From positions 164,051,415-164,115,414 of the forward strand of contig NC_092375.1 of the NCBI RefSeq assembly GCF_030028105.1: DNA of 64,000 nt, given 5' to 3'. Position numbers and translations under genes: made by a program. The DNA comes from Mobula birostris (Eukaryota). Positions 1-12,737 of this stretch are shown piece by piece (the first letter of the stretch is position 1; the number at the start of each line of letters is the position of its first letter). Below the pieces are notes generated by a model. It ran no database searches and had not been told where the DNA came from. It was given only the letters and a program-made list of their open reading frames with translations.

Positions 1-2063
1 ATGAAATTTTGAGAGTACAAAGCTTGTGTGTGCCTGTCAAGAATAAAAGATAAAGATAACAAGTGTAGGGAAGCTTGGTTTTCAAGACATATTGAGGCCC
101 CGGTTAAGAGAAAAAGGAGGTCCATAGTAGGTATGGAAAAGTAGAAACAAATGAGGTGCTTATGGAGTACAAGAAATGCAAGAGAACACTTAAGAAAGAA
201 ATCAGGAAGGCTAAAAGACGGCATGAAATTGTTCTAGCAGACAAGATGAAGAAGAATCCTATGGGATTCTACAGATATGTTAAGAAGAAAAGGATTGCAA
301 GGGACAAAATTGGTCCTCTGGAAGACGAGAGTGGTAATCCATGTGTGGAGCCAAAACAGATGGGGGAGATCTTAAATGAATTCTTTGCATCTGTGTTTAC
401 TCATGAGACAGATACAGAGTCAATAGAAGTGAGGCAAAGCGGAATCAACTTCATGGACTGTACAGATTACAGAGGAGGAGGTGTTTGCTACCCTGAAGCA
501 AGTCAGGGTTGGTAAATCCCCAGGGCCTGACAAGGTGTTCCCTCAGACCGTTCAGGAGGCAGGTGCAGAAATTACCAGAGCAGATATATTTAAATCATTC
601 TTAGCGACAGGAGAGGTATCTGAGGATTGGAGGATAGCTAATCTTTTCCACTTTGTAAAAAAGTTTTCAAGCATAAACCAGGAAATTATAGGCCAGTAAG
701 CCTGACATCCATAGTGTGAAAGTTATTGAAAGGTATTCTGAGGGACCAGACATGTAGTTATTTGGATAGACATGGACTGATTAAGGATAGTAAGTATGGC
801 TTCAAGCATGGTAGGTCATGTCTAACCAATTTTATAGAGTTTTTCAAGGAAGTTACCAGGAAAGTTGAAGGCAGTTCGGTGGATGTTGTTTACATGGACT
901 TTAGGAAGGCATTTGACAAGGTCCCATATGGGTGGTATCAAGAAAGTTCAGTCGCTAGACATTTAGGATGAGGTAGTAAATTGGATTAGGCATTGGCTTT
1001 GTGGTTTAAGCCGGAGAGTGGTAGTAGTTTGTTGCTTCTCTGACTGGAAGCCTGTGACTAGTGTTGTACTACAGGGACCGGTGTTGGGCCCTTTGTTATT
1101 TGTCATCTTTATCAATGATCAGGTTGATAATGTGGTTAACTGGATCAACAAATTTGTGGATGACACCAAGATTGGAGGTGTAGTGGATAGTGAGGAAGAC
1201 TATCATGGCTCGCAGAGGGATCTGCATTAGCTGGGAAAAATAGGCTGAAAAATGGTAGATGGAATTTAATGCAGAGAAGTGAAAGGTTTTGTACTTCGGT
1301 AGGACCAAGCAGAGTAGGTCTTAGACAGTGAGCGGTAGGGCACTGAGGAGTGTGGTAGGACAAAGAGATCTGGGAATACAGGTCCATAATTCATTGAAAG
1401 TGATGTCTCAGGTAGATAGGGTCATAAAAAAGCTTTTGGCACATTGGCCTTCAGTGTACTGAGTACAGGAGATGGAATGTGATGTTGAAGTTGTATAAGG
1501 TGTTGGTGAGGCCTAATTTGGAGTATTGTGTGCAGTTTTGGTCACCACTACCTACAGAGAAGATGTAAACAAGGTTGAAGGAATACAGAGAAAATTTACA
1601 AGGATGTTGGGTCTGGGGTACCTGAGTTATAAGGAAAGATTGAACAGGTTAGGACTGTATTCTTTAGAACATAGAAGACTAAGGGGAAATTTGATAGAGG
1701 TATACAAAATTATGAGGGTTATAGATAGGGTAAATGCAAGCAGGCTTTTTCCACTGAAGTTGGGTGGGACTACAACCAGAGGTCATGGGTTAAGGATGAA
1801 AGGTGAGAAGTTTAAGGGAAACATGAGGGGAAACTCTTCACTCAGAGAGTCGTAAGCGGTGAAATGAGCTGCTACCCCAAGTGGTGCACGCGAGCTTGAT
1901 TTACAACATTTAAGAGAAATTTGGATAGGTACGTGGATGGCAGGGATATGAAGTGCTCTGGTACTGGTGTAGTTCGATGGGAGTAGGCAGGTTAAATGGT
2001 TTCAGCATGGACTAGATGGGCCGAGGGGCCTGTTTCTGTGTTGTACTTCTCCATGACTTTATG
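1..2063 (+). mobile_element. CR1-clade (HER1-like) LINE, 3' part of ORF2 (reverse transcriptase) plus 3' UTR, decayed; runs off the window start
   Basis: Frameshifted ORFs 156-1855 carry CR1 motifs (KSPGPD, GF.HGRSCLTN, VDVVYMDFRKAFDKVP, QGPVLGPLLF, KFVDDTK, LYSLEHRRLRG). Ends in CR1-type tail GGGCCGAGGGGCCTGTTTCTGTGTTGTA..CTTTATG. Confidence 0.93.
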
Positions 2064-2309
2064 AAAGCCTGTATAAAACTTACATTATCAGACTAAAAAC
2101 AAGTTAGCATGCAACAAAAATGTATTCACGGAAAAACAGAAGAAATGTCAAGGCTGGTGGCCCTCACCGTTATTGGTTTGCAATGCTGGGTAATGCTATC
2201 CACAGTGGAGAAACCAAATGCAGATAGGGTGATGCCTTGTTGGAGCACCTCAAATCAAAACATGGCCAACTCTGAACTTTTAGCCACTTTTGGTCACTCA
2301 CATGACTTG

Positions 2310-2572
2310 CTTGCCTCCTTCCCTTTATTTCATGGTCTACTATCCTATCAGATTCCTCCTTCAGGCCTTTGCCTCTTCCACCTATTATCTATGAGCTTCT
2401 CACGTCATTCCCTTTCATCCCCTTTCCCCCGCCCCGACCCATCACCTGAACGAACCCTTACCTTTTGCTCTCCAGTCCTGATGAAGAGCCTCAGCCTGAA
2501 ACACTGACTGCTTATTTCCCTCCATAGATGCTGCCTGACCTGCTGAGTTCTTCTCACTTTTTCTTTGTATTG
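2310..2572 (+). mobile_element. Penelope-type pLTR fragment with degenerate hammerhead motif
   Basis: Pyrimidine-rich stretch followed by CAGTC-CTGATGA-AGAGCCTCAGCCT-GAAACACT-GACTG (2473-2510) and the shared ..CATAGATGCTGCCTGACCTGCTGAGTTC motif. Confidence 0.6.
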
Positions 2573-3133
2573 CTGCATTTCACCTGGACCTGTCTCTCTG
2601 TACTGTAGTTGTAGGCTCTCCCACTGTAGTGTACAGTAATCGTAGTAAAGCTTCTTCACTTTAATACACATATTCTTTTGTAATAAAGGCTGAAATGTAC
2701 TTGTTTTGCTAATTGCTTGCTGTTCTATTCCTACCTCCGGAGGCCATGATGTCCTTGGGCTTTTCTGCCAATGGTAAAAGAAAAAGCTATTTTTGTAAAA
2801 GCTTTTTGGAAAGCAAAAGAAAATCCTCTGGCAAGATATCAATTTAGTTGTATAATCTGACAGAGCTGCAGAAAAACTGTTCTACTTTTAGTCTGCAGAG
2901 ATTTCTTCGTGCTGCAGCAACAAGTTGCCTCTGTCTTCCGCCCCCATTCCCACCAGAAGTTTAATTGCAGTATGTGTGTTGTATCAGTGTCAGGTTAAAG
3001 ATAATGCAAATATTGCAGGTCATTCTTTTACAGTGGTTTAGAGAAAGATAATAGGCTTGAAGGTCAAGCTCAGGCTGAAAAAAAATCAACATTGTAATTA
3101 TCATCGGATTAGATAAAGCTCAGGATAATATGT

Positions 3134-3344
3134 GCACACATGAAATGCTGGAGGAACTCAGCAGGCCAGGCAGCATCTATGGAAAAGGGTAAACAGTCGA
3201 TATTTCAGGACAGTCCTGATGAAAGGTCTTGGCCCGAAACGTTGACTGCTTACTCTTTTCCATAGATCCTGCCTGGCCAGCTGTGTTCCTCCAGCATGTT
3301 GTGTGTGTGCCTTGTATTTCCAGCATCTGCAGATTTTCTCTTGA
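3134..3344 (+). mobile_element. Fold-back hammerhead-bearing retro-insertion (Penelope-type) with 14-bp TSD
   Basis: Inverted arms ~3134-3206 and 3236-3310. Core CAGTC-CTGATGA-AAGGTCTTGGCCC-GAAACGTT-GACTG at 3211-3248. Flanks TCAGGATAATATGT (3120-3133) and TCAAGATAATATGT (3345-3358). Confidence 0.75.
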
Positions 3345-3559
3345 TCAAGATAATATGTTATAGCAGGGCACCATGTTGTAGGTATGAGATACAGGAGCTT
3401 GCTTTCAGCTATTCATTCATTCATTACAATTCTTGTGTTGTCGTCAATCATTTTAAATCTCACATTGCCCTTGTCACCAAAAAACAATATCCTTGGCTAG
3501 CCACATTAGTACCTTTTTATTTTCCTTCAAAGCACGTCCTTTGGTCCTGGGTCTTGGCA

Positions 3560-4430
3560 TCCAGGAGCTTGAAGCTGTCCGTCCTTTCCTGAAGTCCTGA
3601 ATCAATCCTTTGATCTTGCTGATATTGAGTGCAAAGTTGTTGTTGTGGCATGGCTGAACCAGATGATCTGTCTCACTCCTGTATGCCTCCCTGTTGCTAT
3701 CTGAGATTATGACAATAACAATGGTGATAGAGGTGAATTTATGCATGGAATATCAGCTGTGCCTTGCAGACGTCATGGCTGCAGGGAGAGAAAAGCAGTG
3801 GGCAAATCACTCTTCCTTGAGGTGAGCCTGTGTTGATTGTCAGCAAGGTGAAGATGCTCTTACCAATCTACACTGCCTCCCGATGAGGAAGTCAAGGATC
3901 TGGTTCGAGAGGGAGGCACAGAGGCCCAGATTTTGAGGCTTACTGATTTATACAGAGGGGATGATATTGTTGAATGCCAAACTGTAATCAATAAACAGCA
4001 TCCTAACGTAGGTACTGCTGTTGTCCAGGTGGTCCAAGGCTGCTGTAGACCTGTTGTGGTGGTAGGGTCTCCAAGCTGGCCTGGTTGAAGTACCCTGCAG
4101 TGATCGGGAATGACATCAGAGTGCGTTGTCTCGTGGCTGTTTATCATGGTGCTCAGCTTCTCCACTGCCAGCTTAACGTTTGCCAAGAGTATACACTGCA
4201 TCCAGGATGCTAGTGGAAAATTCACTTGGCAGATAGAACGGACGACACTTGACAGCCAGATATTCCAATTAGGGGAGCAGATCCAAGACAGAGCTGTGTG
4301 CCACGATGAGGTAATCATGAAGCAAATGCTGCTGGCTCTGCCTTTGTCCAAGGCCTCTTTCTGGTCCATGCAGTGGATGGTGAAACCCTTGGGCAGAGTG
4401 CTGTGTCCGGAATGCTGGGGATGAGTCAAG
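3560..4430 (-). mobile_element. Rex1/Babar-like LINE fragment (endonuclease and RT remnants with internal deletions)
   Basis: Minus-strand ORF HLVQPCHNNNFALNISKIKGLIQDFRK matches the Rex1-type RT motif W(C)..NNL.LN.SKTKE...DFR; endonuclease-like remnants near 4100-4420. Confidence 0.75.
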
Positions 4431-4435
4431 TCTCT

Positions 4436-5203
4436 GTGAACATTGTGGACTTCGGGAAGGATAAGAAGAGGGAACACGAACCAATCCTCACAGAGGGATC
4501 AGAAGTGGGGAGAGTGAGCAATTTCAAGTTCCTGGGTGTCAAGATCTCTGAGGATCTAACCTGGTCCCAACATATCGATCCAGCTGTAAAGTAGGGAAGA
4601 CAGGGACTGCATTTCATTAGGAGTTTGAAGAAATTTGGTTTGTCAACTAAAACACTCACAAACTTCTATAGATGTGCCACGGAGAGCATTTGACAGGCTG
4701 CATCACTGTTTGGTATGAGGGGGTCAGGGGCTAGTGCACAGGACCAAAAGAAGGTACAGAAAGTTGTAAAATTAGTCAGCTCCATCTTGGGACCAGACTG
4801 CATAGTATCTAAGACATCTTCAAGGAGTGGTGCCTCAGAAAGGCCACATCCATTATTAAGGATCCTCATCACCCAAGACGTGTCCTCTTCTCATTGTTAC
4901 CGTCAGGGAGGAGATACAGAAGCCTGAAGGCACACACTCAGTGATTCAGGAACAGCTTCTTCCCCTTCTGCCATATGATTCCAAAATGGACATTGAACCC
5001 TTGAACACTACCTCACTTTTAAAATATATATTATTACTGCTTTCGCACTATTTTTAATCAATTCAATATAAATAGGTATGTTTACTATAATTTATTTATT
5101 TCTATTTTTGTTTTTTTTTCTATGTTATCATGTATTGCACTGCACTGCTGCTGCTGTTAACAAATTTCATGACACATGCCAGTGATAATAAACCTGATTC
5201 TGA
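4436..5203 (+). mobile_element. Rex1/Babar-like LINE 3' fragment
   Basis: IVDFGK..VSNFKFLGVKISEDLTWSQH and AQDQKKVQKVV motifs; AT-rich 3' UTR ending GATAATAAACCTGATTCTGA. Confidence 0.85.
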
Positions 5204-5374
5204 ATAAGAGTACACAGAGGTCCCTGATGTCCCTCTGGTCTACAGTCTTGCTGTCGGGTCTTCAATTGTATTTTTAGAGACTAGACATTAGCCATGAGGA
5301 TGGTAACAGGGTTATTTCAGGACTTTTTATTTTTCCCCTAGCACTTGTCCAAGTTTATCTGATTAGGTATCTGT

Positions 5375-6305
5375 AAGGTTGCAATTGCACCTGTCTCGAC
5401 CACTTTCTCTGATGGTTCATTCCAGCGCTCTCTTCCTTCTGTGCAAAGAAGGTACCTCCCAGGTTTCTTTTAAATTACTTCCCTCCTGTGTCTGTTCCTT
5501 TTAGTTTTGGACTCCCTGACCATGGGGAAAAGATCATGACTGTCCATCTTATCCTAACCTCTCATGATTTAATAAGCTTCTATGAGGTTACTCCTCATTC
5601 CCCTACAGTCCAGGGAATAAAGATCCGGCATGGCCAGCCTCCCCAGTAACTCAGGCTCTCTAGTCCAAGCAGCATCCTCGCAAATTTCTTCTTCACCCTC
5701 TGCAGCTTGACAATGTCTTCCTTACAATAGAGTGACCAAACCTGTACCGAATTCTTCAAGTGCAGCCTCATTAATGACTTGTACAACTGCAGCATACTGT
5801 CCCGACTCCCAAACTTGATGCCCTGACTGATGAAGGCCAGCGTGCTAAATGTCCTCCTCATCATTCTGTCTCCTTGTGTGACCACATTCAGTTCACTCTG
5901 CACTTGTTCACCTGGGTCCCTCTGTTCCACAACATTCACTATGTAAACCCTACCTTGGTCTGACAGTCTAAAAACCTCACACTTACCTAATTTGAAATCC
6001 ATTTGCCGATCCTCAGCCCATCTCCCTAGCTGACTAAAATCACTGCAATTCATTGCGACCTGCTTTGCTTCCAGCAAGATCTCCTAATTTAATATCATTA
6101 GTAAACTTGCTAATCACGCTATGTGCATTCACATCCAAAGCATTGCTTGCATAATAAATACAGAGGTCCCAATGCTTTCTCCTGGGCACTGCACTATTCA
6201 CAGGCCTCAAGTGGGAGAAACAACCTTCAGCCATCACCCTCTGCTTGCTGTCATCAAGCCAATTCTGAATCCAATTTACAAACTTCTAACTTGAATCCCA
6301 TAATC
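5375..6305 (-). mobile_element. CR1 LINE fragment (RT C-terminal part), interrupted by the Rex1 insertion at ~6306
   Basis: Minus ORFs 5595-6237: WAEDRQMDFK..KCEV, LQLYKSLMRLHL..VQVWS, SKFTNDIKLG. Confidence 0.85.
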
Positions 6306-6608
6306 TGAGCAGCTACATTACTGCCTGGTTCCGAAATTGCACCATCTCGGATTGTAAGACCCTGCAGCGGATAGTGAGGTCAGCTGAAGGGATCATCGGG
6401 ATCTCTCTTCCCACCATTACAGAAATTTACACCACATGCTGCATCCGCAAAGCTAATAGCCTTGTGAAGGACCCCACGCACCTCTTCTCCCTCCTGCCAT
6501 TTGGCAAAAGGTGCTGAAGCATTCAGGCTCTCACAACCAGACTGTGTAACAGTTTCTTCCCCCAAGCCATTAGGCTCCTCAATTCCCAGAGTCTTGTCTG
6601 ACACCAAC

Positions 6609-6644
<36 letters not shown>

Positions 6645-6990
6645 CTGAACACCACTCCACTTCCTTTGCAATTTTTCCTCATTTCTTTCTCAATTTCTGC
6701 TAAAACATTGTTTACATTTACATCATTTATTATTATATTGTAATTTGTCCTTTACTGTGCCTATTGTCTTGTTATTAATTATTGTACTGTCTTGCACTGT
6801 TTTGTGCAATTTATATAGTCCCATGTAGGTCTGAAGTCTAATGTAGTTTTGTGTTGTTTCAGGTAGTCTAGTGTAGTTTTGTGTTGTTTCATGTAGAACT
6901 ATGGTCCTGGAGGAACGTTGTTTCGTTTTTACTGTGTACTGTACTAGCAGTTATGGTCGAAGTGACAATAAAGGCGACTTGACTTTGACA
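6306..6990 (+). mobile_element. Rex1-like LINE 3' end nested in a CR1
   Basis: High similarity to 32150-32768. 3' UTR has TGTAGTCTAGTGTAGTTTTGTGTTGTTT repeats and tail GACAATAAAGGCGACTTGAC. Confidence 0.85.
6611..6642. repeat. (AC)16 microsatellite
   Basis: Directly visible. Confidence 0.97.
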
Positions 6991-7632
6991 TAAGGGTAAA
7001 GCTCCATATCTGCCTGCCACACGGGACCACGTCAAAGCCCTTACTAATATCAATATCAGCAACATCCATTGCCCTTTCTTCTCGTTTCTCCTTAATTAAC
7101 TTTTCAAAAAACTCCAAATGATTAATTAGAATTGACGTCTCACACATAAAACCATGCTACTATTCCTGATCAGGCCTTGACAATCCAAGTGATGGTAGAT
7201 CTTGTTTGTCAGAATTCCCTGCATTAACTTCCCAATAACTGAAGTCAGGCTCACCAGCCTGCAGTTTCCTGACTTGTTCTTGCTACCCTTATTGAACAAT
7301 GGAACATTCGCCACCTTTTGGTATGCTGGACCTCTTTGCCAGTGGCTACTGATGAAGCAGATATCTCTACAAGGGTCTCTATGATTTCTTCTCTGGCTTC
7401 CCATAATCTCAGGGGATTTGTTTGGTCATACCCTGGGGATTTACCCACATTAATGTGTTTCAAATCTACAAATGCCTTCTTCCACATAATATGCATATGA
7501 TCCAAAGCCTAGCCTAATTTCTTTGGCATCCATGATATCCTCCCTAGTAAACACCAATAGACATTAGAAGTCTCAGCCATCTCCTGTAGATCCATGCACA
7601 GACGGCTCTGACGGTCTTTAAGAGGATACTGG
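6991..7632 (-). mobile_element. CR1 LINE fragment (RT N-terminal part), continuation of 5375-6305
   Basis: Minus ORFs: GKSPGYD, ANVPLFNKGSKNKSGNCRLVSLTSVIGKLM, DVADIDISKGFDVVP. Confidence 0.85.
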
Positions 7633-9082
7633 TCCCTCCGGATGGAGGGAGAGAAGTCAGAAAAGGGAAGGGTTCAGTCAGAGATGTGACAGAAAGAGCA
7701 GAGTAGAAAAACGCAGAAATTGTGATAGAACTTTCTATAGAAAGTTCTATATGAGAGGAGTACACAACAACAATACAGTCAGCATTGTACTGGATAAAGA
7801 GAAAAGGGAAGAGTTTGATTTTAATAGAAATAAAAACCAAGCATCCAGTGCCCTGTATTCCACAAGGAGACAGAGATGATTTGGAACCTCACACATGCCC
7901 AGACCATTGCCTTTAATGTGAAGTAAGTGACTGGAGGTTAAAGAAGTCTTATTTTATGTGAGAGCAGGCTTAGTTGAGGGCGGGCTGTCTTGGTGGAGAG
8001 AGATTGGTTGGGCCTCTGTTGTCATGGTGTGTGATGGAGGTGTAGAGGGATTGGTTGCACATGTAAAAGTGCCGACTGAAACCAGGAAACTGGTTTCCTG
8101 TTCGGAAGTGTCTTAACCATTGTGAATGTAACAGGAATGACTTTGAAAGGAGGCAGAGCATTCTGGATAATGCTCATTGGTAACTTGCTCCGAGATATTT
8201 GATTATTTTTCTCACTGGATTAAATTTTTTGTTGTGAGATTTGAGCGAAAACGCAGTCCATTTTAATGTTATATCTTACTAACATTCAATTTTCTGCCAC
8301 AGACATTCAGGCTTGAATTTTGTGGTTCAGTGAGAATAGCTGTAGTTATTCATCTCACCCAGATTTCCTCTAATCTGGAGTCCATTCCAGTGTGGCACTC
8401 TCTTCAGGGAAATGTAAAATCCGAGTGCAGAAAGAAGGATCTGATCAGATTGAGAATCCTCACTGAGACTCTTGAGTTTTGAGTTGAGCAATGTGAAATA
8501 AAACACAAATGGGATCTGAATGGAAGCCAGCTAAAGACCGAAATTTCAGATGAGATTGAGAGGAGAAGAAATTAAATGAGATAGAAGAGACACAGAAAAA
8601 TTATAAAATAAAAAATTCTTTGGAAGTCTGAAAGGCTAATTTACTTACATGGGATGAAACTCTATTTGTGAAGTCACATTTTCAGGCAAAATAATTGGTT
8701 TTGGCAATAACTATTGCTGACTACATTCTTTGAAAATGCACTCATTCTTGCATGCACCATTCCCAAGGCCTTTGGCCATGTTTACTGCAGAACCTAGAGG
8801 TAAACACACTAAGTCCTTGAGGATTGTAGAGTACTAGGATATCGCAGACAGTGGCTTGTGGGTTTTTTGCATGGACATCAAAATTTGCTGTGGGATTTAT
8901 ATAATGATGGTAAATAAATATAACTGTTTATATTGCAAACCTTGGATTTTTGCATCTAGCAGTATTCATTTCTAATTTTGTGTATATGCTTGTATTTTTT
9001 AAGTTGAAATTTCTAGATTATCACATGAAATCTGTGAATGAATGTTTGCTGCGATTTTACTGAATGATCTTCATTTTTGCAG

Positions 9083-9379
9083 GAATGAAACAACCACTGA
9101 GTCCTGAACATATTGCTGATGTTATGATGAATTCAGGAGATCTTTACACTTACAGTGATGGGAAAATACTGAGCAGTGAATACCTGGGCTACCAGTTGAA
9201 TATTGAGAAACAGAAGGTAGGACTGGCACTGTGTGAAGTGTGTAACATTCAGCTGAATTCGGCAGCACAGGCTGAGGTTCATTATAATGGGAGGTCTCAC
9301 TTGAAGAGGATGAAACAAGCCAACAGTCACACACCAATTTCTTCGACTCCTACTACGTTTGTTACAGGCACCAGCACAG
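9083..9379 (+). CDS. ZNF385: Exon of a ZNF385-family RNA-binding zinc-finger gene (N-terminus plus first matrin/U1-type C2H2 finger); paralogue A/B/C/D not resolved
   Basis: Acceptor TCTTCATTTTTGCAG|G at 9082/9083 and donor ACAG|GTATGT at 9379/9380. Open frame MKQPLSP...EKQKVGLALCEVCNIQLNSAAQAEVHYNGRSHLKRMKQ is C-X2-C-X12-H-X5-H with the ZNF385 signature CxVCNIQLNSAAQAxVH and the MKxPLSP start (ATG 9085). Confidence 0.9.
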
Positions 9380-10724
9380 GTATGTGTGACAATTTAACAT
9401 GGGCTGCTGATGTTATATTTGAAAACATCCTTTAATCTAATATGGGTAATTCGTTTGTTAGTTGTTTTTCTAAGATATTTTAGCTATTGTTCTGTTAATT
9501 GTTGGTTTGTTAACTAAGTGTTGCATCTGCTTTGCTGTGTGTATCTCTACCACCAAGAGATAACGTGTCTGGAGATGCTGTCAAATTATTCTCAGTGGGT
9601 TGTCAGCAGTGTGGTCTGTAGAGAATTCTAACCATGAGGGAGAATAGGGTGGATATTAAGCTCAGAACCTGTGGTAATGATTAAGTGGGTTGCTCGCTTT
9701 GGCTTCAAGCATCCCCAGCTTGCAGCTGGGAAGTATTGTATCTTTCTTCTGGTTAAGGTCTGGTCTGTACGCGAAAGTCTGAATCATGTTAATAGTTGAG
9801 GGTTTCCGTTTTCATTCACAGAACAATTCAGTATTCCTTAAAGAGTTGTGTAAATAACTCCAAGTCATTTTCCAGTAATTACGTTAGTTCTTTAACAGCT
9901 TTATGGCTGACATGGAGTTCAAGTGACTTTCTTTATTTGAGGAATTGGGGTGCCATCTGCAGGCTGTGTTACAGAAGAAAATAGAGAAACTAAGGCTTCA
10001 ATGTTACAATGAAAGGGTCAGTAAAAATAAGTTTAAATATTTATAAGTGACGGATTATTTCTGTATGTTTTCAATAGAGCAGGGTGCATTTGTAGAGAGA
10101 CAAGAGAGCGCAGTTATGCTGCCTGAACCTGCTGTGTATTTCCAGCATCTTTCGTTCTTATTTTGAGCTTTTGCAGCTTTTTATTTGCACCGAGGTCAGC
10201 GTGTTTACTCCCAGAAAGGATCGTCGCTCTGACTGTGCTTGTGTCTGTGAATATTTTTTGTCAGAATTACAATTATATTGATTGTACCGGCAGTAGTGTA
10301 CTCTGCCTTGTTAATGAGTAAGTGTGGAAGTTTAGAATTGATTTATAGCTAGATTTCATCATCCCTATATAGATTTTGTGGTCAACTGTCAGTGTTATAA
10401 ACTCCCTTGGATATTTTCATGTTAAGTGGTGAGTTTCTGTTCTGATTTTAGAAGTAAGACAAAGGCAACGCCTAATTTATGATTTACGTAGAAATACTTT
10501 GAATAAATGCACCAGAAATATGTGGAGATTGATGTTCGGAAATCAGTGTTGATTTTTCAGAATTCAAAATTATCTTTCATTTGATTTTTCTATAATCGCT
10601 TACTTCTCTTTATTTTTATTGTTTAATTCTTTTAGCGACTGCAGCATTTTTGTCCTTTCTGTATCTGGAATATTACCATTTTCCACCTCTGATGGCTGTC
10701 TGAGTTGGTGCATTTCCCTTATCA

Positions 10725-11026
10725 GGCAGTGATACAGCCAGTCAGGATGCTCTCAATGGTGCCCCTGTAGAAGGTCTTGAGGATTTGGGGGCTCATGCCA
10801 AACTTTTTCTGAGTTGCCTGTGGTGGAAGAGACGCTGTGGTGCTCTTTTTGCCACGAAGCTGATGTGTACAGTCCAGGTGAGATCTTTGGTGATGTGTAC
10901 ACCGAGGAACTTGAAACTACTCACCCTCTGAACTGCAGTCCCATTGATGTTGATCGGGGCAAGCCTGTCTCCATTCCTCCTGTAATCCATGGTCAGCTCT
11001 TTCGTTTTTTGGACATTGAGGGAGAA
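10725..11026 (-). mobile_element. Rex1-like LINE fragment
   Basis: Minus ORF PININGTAVQRVSSFKFLGVHITKDLTW. Confidence 0.85.
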
Positions 11027-11266
11027 GATTCTTCATTGCTATTTCCGTCACAATTTTGTTTTACCAGTCAGGGTTGTTAACCCTGATTGAACACCCAAAC
11101 TCGGAGGACTGGTGGACCAGTCTTGGTCTGGCCTCTACCCTTTGACCTGTTTGGTATGGGTGACCCTACCAAGAACCAAAGATAAAGCCCTGACTCCAGC
11201 CAGCATAGCTTTCCAGGTCATTGATGCATGTGAGCCTCTAAACTATGACAAGGTTGTGGTCCTCCT
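11027..11266 (-). mobile_element. RTE-clade 5'-end-like, non-autonomous fragment
   Basis: Reverse complement begins GGAGGACCACAACCTTGTC...CAATGACC..AGCTATGC...GTAGGGTCACCCA...TGGTCCAC, resembling RTE/BovB-type 5' regions (recognition only). Confidence 0.5.
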
Positions 11267-12737
11267 GGTGGATTCCAAAGTAAAGTTTCAAATATATATC
11301 AGCATCTCATCGGGGTCCTCTATTTCTATCTGTGTAACATCGCTCGACTTCTGCAAGATTTAACTGTATGGCCAGTGGTGCCAGTAATGGGTCCTTTGCT
11401 TCACTTGTCCACGCCGACTGTGATGCCTGTCTGTACCAGTCCCGTTTGCCTGCATCTCTCTTGTCTTTTCCAATGCTTTTCAATACCTGTCCAATGCTTT
11501 TAAATATTGTATTTGTATTTGTCTGCAGTAACTTGTGAAAAGCTTGACTAACTGTGTGTGTGTCTCTCTCTCTTTACAAATGCTGACTGACCTGGACTTT
11601 AGCGCTTCTATACCAGCATTCTTAAGTTGCAGTTTTCACGTTAACTGCTGTAGTTTATATTAAGATTGCCAATAGATTTAAACTCCCATCATCAAAGGGG
11701 GATTCAGCATTTATATTTGTGCATGTGAATTCACTATTGATAACTAAAGCTAACTGACCTATCATTTTCAGAGTGATTCTCCGTCTAGAATCGATGTATA
11801 ATCCAGATTAGAGCGGTGGTCATTGGTGGAATTCAGTGGGCAAAGAAGTTGTGGCAGTTTTGGCTTTTCTGTGATTCCAATTTGGAAATTGTAATTTACC
11901 AATAGATTGATTTAATATCTCATTTACTTAAACAAAACTTTCATGTTAATAGCAAGAATGTGGCTTTTAACAGCTAGAGGCCTGAAAAGAACCTTCAGGG
12001 TGGTTTGGTCCCACTTTGAGTGATGTTGATGTAATAGTGTGGCAGAACTATTAGTGTTCTTGATTATTACACCAGAAAACTGACATCAACTTTGGTATTT
12101 GCAATCTTGTGTTATTTCCTGCAAAGACTTAACGTTGTTGATATTGATTCAGCCCTCTTTCACAGGCTACATTGTTGCAGCTTTCCCCAGTATAATCAAG
12201 CAATCATCTGAAAGAACGTGTGTTTCATTAATTAAGAAAGGAAAATGAGAAGTAGGAGCAAGCCATTCAACTCCTCAAACCTATTCCCCCAGTGACCTTG
12301 CACTGCTTCATTCCTGTCTTACACAAGATCGTACTGTTTAATTTACCAGTATTTTTGCTTTTGTATTCTTTTATATAAGTTCAAAACCCTGGAATACTCG
12401 GCATCAGATAAAACCCCTGAAGTTGACAGGCAAAACTCCTGTGTAGTCTAGGTAATGTTTTGAAAGCAATTTCTTAATACTGGGATTATTTGTGAAATCT
12501 AGACAATTTTGAATCAAATTTACAGAAGAATGGAGTCTTGGAACCACAGCTGTTTCTTTTGCAATTTATTCATTATTATTTAATTAATAAGAATTAAAAA
12601 TAATAAATTACCAGTCTAAATAAATAGACATATCATAGCATGAATTGAAAAGAGAAAAATGGGTTTAACATGAAAAATAAATTGGTCAAATTTATTAGCC
12701 AAGTTTATTTTCATATGCGCAAGTACCATGAGATTTG

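Noticed and set aside
9064-9435. 123-aa ORF as a single-exon gene
   Set aside because: The ORF ends extend past canonical splice sites; only 9083-9379 is ZNF385-like.
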